DNA of 39,290 nucleotides from a virus (Duplodnaviria; Heunggongvirae; Uroviricota; Caudoviricetes): IMG/VR virus record IMGVR_UViG_2579778601_000004; one strand, 5' to 3'. Shown piece by piece: positions 31,094 to 39,290 of this stretch (position 1 is its first letter; each line of letters starts with the position of its first letter). The notes under the pieces were generated by a model. It saw only the letters and a program-made list of their open reading frames with translations, ran no database searches and was not told where the DNA came from. The position numbers and the translations under genes were made by a program.

Positions 31094-31672
31094 ATGGCCA
31101 TAAAAGGTCTTGAGCAGGCCGTTGAAAACCTCAGCCGTATCAGCAGAACGGCGGTGCCCGGTGCCGCCGCAATGGCCATTAACCGCGTTGCTTCATCCGC
31201 GATATCGCAGTCGGCGTCACAGGTTGCCCGTGAGACAAAGGTACGCCGGAAACTGGTAAAGGAAAGGGCCAGGCTGAAAAGGGCCACGGTCAAAAATCCG
31301 CAGGCCAGAATCAAGGTTAACCGGGGGGATTTGCCCGTAATCAGGCTGGGTAACGCGCGGGTTGTCCTGTCCCGACGCAGGCGTCGTAAAAAGGGGCAGC
31401 GTTCATCCCTGAAAGGTGGCGACAGCGTGCTTGTGGTGGGAAACCGTCGTATTCCCGGCGCGTTTATTCAGCAACTGAAAAATGGCCGATGGCATGTCAT
31501 GCAGCGTGTGGCCGGGAAAAACCGTTACCCCATTGATGTGGTGAAAATCCCGATGGCAGTGCCGCTGACCACGGCGTTTAAACAGAATATTGAGCGGATA
31601 CGGCGTGAACGTCTTCCGAAAGAGCTGGGCTATGCGCTGCAGCATCAACTGAGGATGGTAATAAAGCGATGA
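31094..31672 (+). CDS. Z: Tail completion protein Z
   Basis: 192 aa recognised as lambda gpZ. Confidence 0.9.
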   Translation: MAIKGLEQAVENLSRISRTAVPGAAAMAINRVASSAISQSASQVARETKVRRKLVKERARLKRATVKNPQARIKVNRGDLPVIRLGNARVVLSRRRRRKKGQRSSLKGGDSVLVVGNRRIPGAFIQQLKNGRWHVMQRVAGKNRYPIDVVKIPMAVPLTTAFKQNIERIRRERLPKELGYALQHQLRMVIKR

Positions 31673-32064
31673 AACATACAGAACTCCGTGCAGCCGTACT
31701 GGATGCACTGGAAAAACATGACACCGGGGCGACGCTTTTTGATGGTCGCCCCGCTGTTTTTGATGAGGAGGATTTTCCGGCAGTTGCCGTTTATCTCACC
31801 GGCGCTGAATACACGGGCGAAGAGCTGGACAGCGATACCTGGCAGGCGGAGCTGCATATTGAAGTTTTCCTGCCTGCTCAGGTGCCGGATTCAGAGCTGG
31901 ATTCGTGGATGGAGTCCCGGATTTATCCGGTGATGAGCGATGTCCCGGCACTGTCAGATTTGATCACCAGTATGGTGGCCAGTGGCTATGACTACCGGCG
32001 CGACGATGATGCGGGCCTGTGGAGTTCAGCCGATCTGACTTATGTCATTACCTATGAAATGTGA
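31669..32064 (+). CDS. U: Tail terminator protein U
   Basis: 131 aa recognised as lambda gpU. Confidence 0.9.
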   Translation: MKHTELRAAVLDALEKHDTGATLFDGRPAVFDEEDFPAVAVYLTGAEYTGEELDSDTWQAELHIEVFLPAQVPDSELDSWMESRIYPVMSDVPALSDLITSMVASGYDYRRDDDAGLWSSADLTYVITYEM

Positions 32065-32071
32065 GGACGAT

Positions 32072-32812
32072 ATGCCTGTACCAAATCCAGTAATGCCGGT
32101 GAAAGGGGCCGGGACCACCCTGTGGGTTTATAAGGGGAACGGTGACCCTTATGCGAACCCGCTTTCAGACGTTGACTGGTCGCGTCTGGCTAAAGTTAAA
32201 GACCTGACGCCCGGCGAACTGAGCGCTGAGTCCTATGACGACAGCTATCTCGATGATGAAGATGCGGACTGGACTGCGACCGGGCAGGGGCAGAAATCTG
32301 CCGGAGATACCAGCTTCACGCTGGCGTGGATGCCCGGAGAGCAGGGGCAGCAGGCGCTGCTGGCGTGGTTTAATGAAGGGGATACCCGTGCCTATAAAAT
32401 CCGCTTCCCGAACGGCACGGTCGATGTGTTCCGCGGCTGGGTCAGCAGTATCGGTAAGGCGGTGACGGCGAAGGAAGTGATCACCCGCACGGTGAAAGTC
32501 ACCAACGTGGGACGTCCGTCGATGGCAGAAGATCGCAGCACGGTGACGGCGACAACCGGCATGACGGTGACACCCGCCAGTGCTTCCGTAGTGAAAGGGC
32601 AGAGCACTACGCTGACCGTGGCATTCCAGCCGGAGGGCGCAACCGACAAGAGCTTCCGTGCGGTGTCTGCGGATAAAACAAAAGCCACCGTGTCGGTCAG
32701 CGGTATGACCATCACCGTGAACGGCGTTGCTGCAGGCAAGGTCAACATTCCGGTTGTATCCGGTAATGGTGAGTTTGCTGCGGTTGCAGAAATCACCGTC
32801 ACCGCCAGTTAA
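32072..32812 (+). CDS. V: Major tail tube protein V (with C-terminal Ig-like domain)
   Basis: Start at MPVPNP (ATG 32072); 246 aa recognised as lambda gpV. Confidence 0.95.
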   Translation: MPVPNPVMPVKGAGTTLWVYKGNGDPYANPLSDVDWSRLAKVKDLTPGELSAESYDDSYLDDEDADWTATGQGQKSAGDTSFTLAWMPGEQGQQALLAWFNEGDTRAYKIRFPNGTVDVFRGWVSSIGKAVTAKEVITRTVKVTNVGRPSMAEDRSTVTATTGMTVTPASASVVKGQSTTLTVAFQPEGATDKSFRAVSADKTKATVSVSGMTITVNGVAAGKVNIPVVSGNGEFAAVAEITVTAS

Positions 32813-32827
32813 TCCGGAGAGTCAGCG

Positions 32828-33250
32828 ATGTTCCTGAAAACCGAATCATTTGAATATAACGGCGTGACCGTCACGCTTTCTGAACTGTCAGCCCTGCAGC
32901 GTATTGAGCATCTTGCCCTGATGAAACGGCAGGCAGAACCGGCGGGATCCGACAGCAACCGGCAGGTTACTGTGGAAGACGTCATCAGAACCGGCGCGTT
33001 TCTGGTGGCGATGTCCCTGTGGCATAACCATCCGAAGAAGACGCAGATGCCGTCCATGAATGAAGCCGTTAAACAGATTGAGCAGGAAGTGCTTACCACC
33101 TGGCCCACAGAGGCAATTTCTCATGCTGAAAACGTGGTGTACCGGCTGTCCGGTATGTATGAGTTTGTGGTGAATAATGCCCCCGAACAGGCAGAGGACG
33201 CCGGGCCTGCAGAGCCTGTTTCTGCGGGAAAGTGTTCGACGGTGAGCTGA
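32828..33250 (+). CDS. G: Tail assembly chaperone G
   Basis: 140 aa recognised as lambda gpG; slippery heptamer GGGAAAG near the 3' end. Confidence 0.9.
   Translation: MFLKTESFEYNGVTVTLSELSALQRIEHLALMKRQAEPAGSDSNRQVTVEDVIRTGAFLVAMSLWHNHPKKTQMPSMNEAVKQIEQEVLTTWPTEAISHAENVVYRLSGMYEFVVNNAPEQAEDAGPAEPVSAGKCSTVS
33226..33232 (+). other. Programmed -1 ribosomal frameshift slippery site G_GGA_AAG (G to G-T)
   Basis: Heptamer GGGAAAG with GGA/AAG in the G zero frame (codon phase checked); downstream -1 frame is the T ORF. Confidence 0.85.
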
Positions 33251-33666
33251 GTTTTGCCCTGAAACTGGCGCGTGAGATGGGGCGACCCGACTGGCGTGCC
33301 ATGCTTGCCGGGATGTCATCCACGGAGTATGCCGACTGGCACCGCTTTTACAGTACCCATTATTTTCATGATGTTCTGCTGGATATGCACTTTTCCGGGC
33401 TGACGTACACCGTGCTCAGCCTGTTTTTCAGCGATCCGGATATGCATCCGCTGGATTTCAGTCTGCTGAACCGGCGCGAGGCTGACGAAGAGCCTGAAGA
33501 TGATGTGCTGATGCAGAAAGCGGCAGGGCTTGCCGGAGGTGTCCGCTTTGGCCCGGACGGGAATGAAGTTATCCCCGCTTCCCCGGATGTGGCGGACATG
33601 ACGGAGGATGACGTAATGCTGATGACAGTATCAGAAGGGATCGCAGGAGGAGTCCGGTATGGCTGA
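33232..33666 (+). CDS. T: Tail assembly chaperone T, expressed as the G-T fusion by -1 frameshift
   Basis: ORF in the -1 frame relative to G, overlapping its 3' end and ending at the H start; lambda gpT-like sequence; no independent start needed. Confidence 0.85.
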   Translation: MFDGELSFALKLAREMGRPDWRAMLAGMSSTEYADWHRFYSTHYFHDVLLDMHFSGLTYTVLSLFFSDPDMHPLDFSLLNRREADEEPEDDVLMQKAAGLAGGVRFGPDGNEVIPASPDVADMTEDDVMLMTVSEGIAGGVRYG

Positions 33667-36220
33667 ACCGGTAGGCGATCTGGTCGTTGATTTGAGTCTG
33701 GATGCGGCCAGATTTGACGAGCAGATGGCCAGAGTCAGGCGTCATTTTTCCGGTACGGAAAGTGATGCGAAAAAAACAGCGGCAGTCGTTGAACAGTCGC
33801 TGAGCCGACAGGCGCTGGCTGCACAGAAAGCGGGGATTTCCGTCGGGCAGTATAAAGCCGCCATGCGTATGCTGCCTGCACAGTTCACCGACGTGGCCAC
33901 GCAGCTTGCAGGCGGGCAAAGTCCGTGGCTGATCCTGCTGCAACAGGGGGGGCAGGTGAAGGACTCCTTCGGCGGGATGATCCCCATGTTCAGGGGGCTT
34001 GCCGGTGCGATCACCCTGCCGATGGTGGGGGCCACCTCGCTGGCGGTGGCGACCGGTGCGCTGGCGTATGCCTGGTATCAGGGCAACTCAACCCTGTCCG
34101 ATTTCAACAAAACGCTGGTCCTTTCCGGCAATCAGGCGGGTCTGACGGCAGATCGTATGCTGGTCCTGTCCAGAGCCGGGCAGGCGGCAGGGCTGACGTT
34201 TAACCAGACCAGCGAGTCACTCAGCGCACTGGTTAAGGCGGGGGTAAGCGGTGAGGCTCAGATTGCGTCCATCAGCCAGAGTGTGGCGCGTTTCTCCTCT
34301 GCATCCGGCGTGGAGGTGGACAAGGTCGCTGAAGCCTTCGGGAAGCTGACCACAGACCCGACGTCGGGGCTGACGGCGATGGCACGCCAGTTCCATAACG
34401 TGACGGCGGAGCAGATTGCGTATGTTGCTCAGTTGCAGCGTTCCGGCGATGAAGCCGGGGCATTGCAGGCGGCGAACGAGGCCGCAACGAAAGGGTTTGA
34501 TGACCAGACCCGCCGCCTGAAAGAGAACATGGGCACGCTGGAGACCTGGGCAGACAGGACTGCGCGGGCATTCAAATCCATGTGGGATGCGGTGCTGGAT
34601 ATTGGTCGTCCTGATACCGCGCAGGAGATGCTGATTAAGGCAGAGGCTGCGTTTAAGAAAGCAGACGACATCTGGAATCTGCGCAAGGATGATTATTTTG
34701 TTAACGATGAAGCGCGGGCGCGTTACTGGGATGATCGTGAAAAGGCCCGTCTTGCGCTTGAAGCCGCCCGAAAGAAGGCTGAACAGCAGAGTCAACAGGA
34801 CAAAAATGCGCAGCAGCAGAGCGATACCGAAGCGTCACGGCTGAAATATACCGAAGAGGCGCAGAAGGCTTACGAACGGCTGCAGACGCCGCTGGAGAAA
34901 TATGCCGCCCGTCAGGAAGAACTGAATAAGGCCCTGAAAGACGGAAAAATCCTGCAGGCAGATTACAACACGCTGATGGCGGCAGCGAAAAAGGACTATG
35001 AAACGACACTGAAAAAGCCGAAGCAGTCCGGCGTGAAGGTGTCTGCGGGCGATCGTCAGGAAGACAGTGCTCATGCTGCCCTGCTGACGCTTCAGGCTGA
35101 ACTCCGGACGCTGGAGAAGCATGCCGGAGCAAATGAGAAAATCAGCCAGCAGCGCCGGGATTTGTGGAAGGCGGAGAGTCAGTTCGCGGTACTGGAGGAG
35201 GCGGCGCAACGTCGCCAGCTGTCTGTACAGGAGAAATCCCTGCTGGCGCATAAAGATGAGACGCTGGAGTACAAACGCCAGCTGGCTGCACTTGGCGACA
35301 AGGTTACGTATCAGGAGCGCCTGAACGCGCTGGCGCAGCAGGCGGATAAATTCGCACAGCAGCAACGGGCAAAACGGGCCGCCATTGATGCGAAAAGCCG
35401 GGGGCTGACTGACCGGCAGGCAGAACGGGAAGCCACGGAACAGCGCCTGAAGGAACAGTATGGCGATAATCCGCTGGCGCTGAATAACGTCATGTCAGAG
35501 CAGAAAAAGACCTGGGCGGCTGAAGACCAGCTTCGCGGGAACTGGATGGCAGGCCTGAAGTCCGGCTGGAGTGAGTGGGAAGAGAGCGCCACGGACAGTA
35601 TGTCGCAGGTAAAAAGTGCAGCCACGCAGACCTTTGATGGTATTGCACAGAATATGGCGGCGATGCTGACCGGCAGTGAGCAGAACTGGCGCAGCTTCAC
35701 CCGTTCCGTGCTGTCCATGATGACAGAAATTCTGCTTAAGCAGGCAATGGTGGGGATTGTCGGGAGTATCGGCAGCGCCATTGGCGGGGCTGTTGGTGGC
35801 GGCGCATCCGCGTCAGGCGGTACAGCCATTCAGGCCGCTGCGGCGAAATTCCATTTTGCAACCGGAGGATTTACGGGAACCGGCGGCAAATATGAGCCAG
35901 CGGGGATTGTTCACCGTGGTGAGTTTGTCTTCACGAAGGAGGCAACCAGCCGGATTGGCGTGGGGAATCTTTACCGGCTGATGCGCGGCTATGCCACCGG
36001 CGGTTATGTCGGTACACCGGGCAGCATGGCAGACAGCCGGTCGCAGGCGTCCGGGACGTTTGAGCAGAATAACCATGTGGTGATTAACAACGACGGCACG
36101 AACGGGCAGATAGGTCCGGCTGCTCTGAAGGCGGTGTATGACATGGCCCGCAAGGGTGCCCGTGATGAAATTCAGACACAGATGCGTGATGGTGGCCTGT
36201 TCTCCGGAGGTGGACGATGA
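33659..36220 (+). CDS. H: Tail tape measure protein H
   Basis: 853 aa recognised as lambda gpH. Confidence 0.95.
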   Translation: MAEPVGDLVVDLSLDAARFDEQMARVRRHFSGTESDAKKTAAVVEQSLSRQALAAQKAGISVGQYKAAMRMLPAQFTDVATQLAGGQSPWLILLQQGGQVKDSFGGMIPMFRGLAGAITLPMVGATSLAVATGALAYAWYQGNSTLSDFNKTLVLSGNQAGLTADRMLVLSRAGQAAGLTFNQTSESLSALVKAGVSGEAQIASISQSVARFSSASGVEVDKVAEAFGKLTTDPTSGLTAMARQFHNVTAEQIAYVAQLQRSGDEAGALQAANEAATKGFDDQTRRLKENMGTLETWADRTARAFKSMWDAVLDIGRPDTAQEMLIKAEAAFKKADDIWNLRKDDYFVNDEARARYWDDREKARLALEAARKKAEQQSQQDKNAQQQSDTEASRLKYTEEAQKAYERLQTPLEKYAARQEELNKALKDGKILQADYNTLMAAAKKDYETTLKKPKQSGVKVSAGDRQEDSAHAALLTLQAELRTLEKHAGANEKISQQRRDLWKAESQFAVLEEAAQRRQLSVQEKSLLAHKDETLEYKRQLAALGDKVTYQERLNALAQQADKFAQQQRAKRAAIDAKSRGLTDRQAEREATEQRLKEQYGDNPLALNNVMSEQKKTWAAEDQLRGNWMAGLKSGWSEWEESATDSMSQVKSAATQTFDGIAQNMAAMLTGSEQNWRSFTRSVLSMMTEILLKQAMVGIVGSIGSAIGGAVGGGASASGGTAIQAAAAKFHFATGGFTGTGGKYEPAGIVHRGEFVFTKEATSRIGVGNLYRLMRGYATGGYVGTPGSMADSRSQASGTFEQNNHVVINNDGTNGQIGPAALKAVYDMARKGARDEIQTQMRDGGLFSGGGR

Positions 36221-36546
36221 AGACCTTCCGCTGGAAAGTGAAACCCGGTATGGATGTGGCTTCGGTCCCTTCTGTAAGAAAGGTGCGCTTTGGTGATGGC
36301 TATTCTCAGCGAGCGCCTGCCGGGCTGAATGCCAACCTGAAAACGTACAGCGTGACGCTTTCTGTCCCCCGTGAGGAGGCCACGGTACTGGAGTCGTTTC
36401 TGGAAGAGCACGGGGGCTGGAAATCCTTTCTGTGGACGCCGCCTTATGAGTGGCAGCAGATAAAGGTGACCTGCGCAAAATGGTCGTCGCGGGTCAGTAT
36501 GCTGCGTGTTGAGTTCAGCGCAGAGTTTGAACAGGTGGTGAACTGA
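36217..36546 (+). CDS. M: Tail tip protein M
   Basis: 109 aa recognised as lambda gpM. Confidence 0.9.
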   Translation: MKTFRWKVKPGMDVASVPSVRKVRFGDGYSQRAPAGLNANLKTYSVTLSVPREEATVLESFLEEHGGWKSFLWTPPYEWQQIKVTCAKWSSRVSMLRVEFSAEFEQVVN

Positions 36547-37244
36547 TGCAGGATATCCGGCAGGAAACACTGAATGAATGCACCCGTGCGGAGCAGTCGG
36601 CCAGCGTGGTGCTCTGGGAAATCGACCTGACAGAGGTCGGTGGAGAACGTTATTTTTTCTGTAATGAGCAGAACGAAAAAGGTGAGCCGGTCACCTGGCA
36701 GGGGCGACAGTATCAGCCGTATCCCATTCAGGGGAGCGGTTTTGAACTGAATGGCAAAGGCACCAGTACGCGCCCCACGCTGACGGTTTCTAACCTGTAC
36801 GGTATGGTCACCGGGATGGCGGAAGATCTGCAGAGTCTGGTCGGCGGAACGGTGGTCCGGCGTAAGGTTTACGCCCGTTTTCTGGATGCGGTGAACTTCG
36901 TCAACGGAAACAGTTATGCCGATCCGGAGCAGGAGGTGATCAGCCGCTGGCGCATTGAGCAGTGCAGCGAACTGAGCGCGGTGAGTGCCTCCTTTGTACT
37001 GTCCACGCCGACGGAAACGGATGGCGCTGTTTTTCCGGGACGTATCATGCTGGCCAACACCTGCACCTGGACCTATCGCGGTGACGAGTGCGGTTATAGC
37101 GGTCCGGCTGTCGCGGATGAATATGACCAGCCAACGTCCGATATCACGAAGGATAAATGCAGCAAATGCCTGAGCGGTTGTAAGTTCCGCAATAACGTCG
37201 GCAACTTTGGCGGCTTCCTTTCCATTAACAAACTTTCGCAGTAA
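36546..37244 (+). CDS. L: Tail tip protein L
   Basis: 232 aa recognised as lambda gpL; 699 bp as in lambda. Confidence 0.9.
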   Translation: MQDIRQETLNECTRAEQSASVVLWEIDLTEVGGERYFFCNEQNEKGEPVTWQGRQYQPYPIQGSGFELNGKGTSTRPTLTVSNLYGMVTGMAEDLQSLVGGTVVRRKVYARFLDAVNFVNGNSYADPEQEVISRWRIEQCSELSAVSASFVLSTPTETDGAVFPGRIMLANTCTWTYRGDECGYSGPAVADEYDQPTSDITKDKCSKCLSGCKFRNNVGNFGGFLSINKLSQ

Positions 37245-37248
37245 TCCC

Positions 37249-37992
37249 ATGACACAGACAGAATCAGCGATTCTGGCGCACGCCCGGCGATGTGCGCCAG
37301 CGGAGTCGTGTGGCTTCGTGGTGAGAACGCCGAAGGGGGAAAGATATTTTCCCTGCGTGAATATCTCCGGTGAGCCGGAGGCGTATTTCCGGATGTCGCC
37401 GGAGGACTGGCTGCGGGCAGAGATGCAGGGTGAGATTGTGGCGCTGGTCCACAGCCACCCCGGTGGTCTGCCCTGGCTGAGTGAGGCTGACAGGCGGCTG
37501 CAGGTGCAGAGCGATTTGCCGTGGTGGCTGGTCTGCCGGGGTGAGATTCATAAATTCCGCTGTGTGCCGCATCTTACCGGGCGGTGCTTTGAGCACGGGG
37601 TGACGGACTGTTACACGCTGTTCCGGGATGCTTATCATCTGGCGGGGATTGAGATGCCGGATTTTCATCGCGGGGATGACTGGTGGCGTCACGGTCAGAA
37701 TCTCTATCTGGATAATCTGGAGGCCACAGGGCTGTATCAGGTGCCGTTGTCATCAGCACAACCGGGCGATGTGCTGCTGTGCTGCTTTGGTTCATCGGTG
37801 CCGAATCATGCCGCCATTTACTGCGGCGACGGCGAGCTGCTGCACCATATTCCTGAACAACTGAGCAAACGAGAGAGGTATACCGACAAATGGCAGCGAC
37901 GCACACACTCCCTCTGGCGTCACCGGGCATGGCACGCATCTGCCTTTACGGGGATTTGCAACGATTTGGCCACCGCATCGACCTTCGTGTGA
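37249..37992 (+). CDS. K: Tail tip assembly protein K (MPN/JAMM plus NlpC/P60-like); lambda annotation uses the internal start at 37393
   Basis: ATG at 37249 (MTQTESAIL); JAMM-like HSHPGG...SEAD motif; the C-terminal 199 aa from MSPEDWL (37393) correspond to lambda gpK as annotated. Overlaps I by 103 bp, as in lambda. Confidence 0.85.
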   Translation: MTQTESAILAHARRCAPAESCGFVVRTPKGERYFPCVNISGEPEAYFRMSPEDWLRAEMQGEIVALVHSHPGGLPWLSEADRRLQVQSDLPWWLVCRGEIHKFRCVPHLTGRCFEHGVTDCYTLFRDAYHLAGIEMPDFHRGDDWWRHGQNLYLDNLEATGLYQVPLSSAQPGDVLLCCFGSSVPNHAAIYCGDGELLHHIPEQLSKRERYTDKWQRRTHSLWRHRAWHASAFTGICNDLATASTFV

Positions 37993-38537
37993 AAACGGGA
38001 GCCGAAGCTATCCGGGCGCTGGCCACGCAGCTCCCGGCGTTTCGTCAGAAACTGAATGAGGGCTGGTATCAGGTGCGCATTGCCGGGCGTGATGCAGGCG
38101 AAAACGAATTATCTGCCCGTCTTAATGAGCCGCTGGCAAATGGTGCCGTGATCCACATCGTGCCGCGTCTGGCGGGAGCTAAAAGTGGCGGTGTGTTTCA
38201 GGTGGTGCTGGGGGCGGCGCTGATTGCGGTGGCATGGTGGAACCCTGTGGGCTGGCTGGGTGCCGCGGCTGTATCGGGCATGTATGCGGCAGGGGCCAGT
38301 ATGATCCTGGGTGGTGTGGCCCAGATGCTGGCACCGAAAGCCCGGACGCCCACAGCGACCAGCACGGATAACGGTAAGCAGAACACCTATTTCTCATCAC
38401 TGGATAACATGGTTGCCCAGGGCAATGTTCTGCCTGTTCTGTACGGTGAAATGCGCGTGGGGTCTCGTGTGGTTTCTCAGGAGATCAGCACGGCAGATGA
38501 AGGGGACGGTGGTCAGGTTGTGGTGATTGGCCGCTGA
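37890..38537 (+). CDS. I: Tail tip assembly protein I
   Basis: MAATHTLPLASPGMARICLYGDLQRFG... recognised as lambda gpI; shared N- and C-terminal regions with a shorter middle section than I recall for lambda. Confidence 0.85.
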   Translation: MAATHTLPLASPGMARICLYGDLQRFGHRIDLRVKTGAEAIRALATQLPAFRQKLNEGWYQVRIAGRDAGENELSARLNEPLANGAVIHIVPRLAGAKSGGVFQVVLGAALIAVAWWNPVGWLGAAAVSGMYAAGASMILGGVAQMLAPKARTPTATSTDNGKQNTYFSSLDNMVAQGNVLPVLYGEMRVGSRVVSQEISTADEGDGGQVVVIGR

Positions 38538-38597
38538 TGCAAAATATTTCATGTGAAACCGCCTCCGGGCGGTTTTGTCGTTTATGGAGCATGACGA

Positions 38598-39290
38598 ATG
38601 GGCAAAGGAAGCAGTAAGGGGCATACCCCGCGCGAAGCGAAGGACAACCTGAAATCCACGCAATTACTGAGTGTGATCGATGCCATCAGCGAAGGGCCGA
38701 TTGAAGGTCCGGTGGATGGATTAAAAAGCGTGCTGCTGAACAGTACACCGGTGCTGGACAGTGAGGGGAATACCAACATCTCCGGTGTTACGGTGGTGTT
38801 CCGGGCAGGTGAGCAGGAGCAGACACCGCCGGAGGGATTTGAATCCTCCGGTTCCGAGACGGTGCTGGGTACGGAAGTGAAATACGACACGCCGATCACC
38901 CGCACCATCACGTCGGCAAACATCGACCGTCTGCGCTTTACCTTCGGTGTGCAGGCACTGGTGGAAACCACCTCAAAGGGGGACAGGAATCCATCGGAAG
39001 TCCGCCTGCTGGTTCAGATACAACGTAACGGTGGCTGGGTGACGGAAAAAGACATCACCATTAAGGGTAAAACCACCTCACAGTATCTGGCCTCAGTGGT
39101 GGTGGATAACCTGCCGCCGCGCCCGTTTAATATCCGGATGCGCAGGATGACGCCGGACAGCACCACAGACCAGCTGCAGAACAAAACGCTCTGGTCGTCA
39201 TACACCGAAATCATCGATGTGAAACAGTGCTACCCGAACACGGCACTGGTCGGCGTACAGGTGGACTCGGAGCAGTTCGGCAGCCAGCAG
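38598..39290 (+). CDS. J: Central tail fibre / host-specificity protein J (5' part only; runs off the window)
   Basis: Hand translation from ATG 38598 gives MGKGSSKGHTPREAKDNLKSTQLLSVIDAISEGPIEGPVDGLKSVLLNSTPVLD..., recognised as the lambda gpJ N-terminus; no stop before the window end. Confidence 0.9.
   Translation, partial: MGKGSSKGHTPREAKDNLKSTQLLSVIDAISEGPIEGPVDGLKSVLLNSTPVLDSEGNTNISGVTVVFRAGEQEQTPPEGFESSGSETVLGTEVKYDTPITRTITSANIDRLRFTFGVQALVETTSKGDRNPSEVRLLVQIQRNGGWVTEKDITIKGKTTSQYLASVVVDNLPPRPFNIRMRRMTPDSTTDQLQNKTLWSSYTEIIDVKQCYPNTALVGVQVDSEQFGSQQ

Noticed and set aside
34217-36478. Several long minus-strand ORFs (34217-34795, 34835-35365, 35311-35829, 35813-36478)
   Set aside because: All lie antisense within the tape-measure gene H, whose translation matches lambda gpH.
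36444-37250. 268-aa minus-strand ORF
   Set aside because: Antisense to the conserved tail genes L and M; no RBS or homology support.
37890-37992. 103-bp overlap between K and I that might suggest a frameshift or mis-assembly
   Set aside because: The same overlap exists in phage lambda as I recall it, and both reading frames are intact, so this is the normal arrangement.

Overview
The window is an almost complete lambda-like (lambdoid) prophage in canonical prophage order, probably from an E. coli-like enterobacterial host. All identifications were made by eye from the supplied six-frame translations and my memory of phage lambda and E. coli K-12 cryptic-prophage proteins; no database search or computation was run. 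The backbone runs: integrase/excisionase (1-1369), small early-left accessory genes, lambda Red exo/bet/gam, a LexA-like CI repressor with divergent Cro-like gene and palindromic operators, O (with ori iterons) and P, a DLP12-type nin region (ninB/ybcN, ninE, ybcO, rusA, ylcG, Q-like), lysis cassette (holin, R, Rz/Rz1), bor, cos, then lambda-type packaging, head and tail genes Nu1 through a 3'-truncated J. The stand-out is an ~8.5 kb cargo island between P and ninB (9003-17584). It carries a 1421-aa inverse-autotransporter (intimin/invasin-family) adhesin with three near-identical 357-bp tandem repeats, and a convergent lipoprotein esterase gene split by an IS66-family element with a perfect 8-bp target-site duplication. 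Secondary points are the lack of any N-like ORF or nut-like site downstream of the leftward operator cluster, a Rac/YdaS/YdaT-flavoured immunity module, and a TonB-C-like lipoprotein plus a small secreted cysteine-rich ORF between bor and cos.
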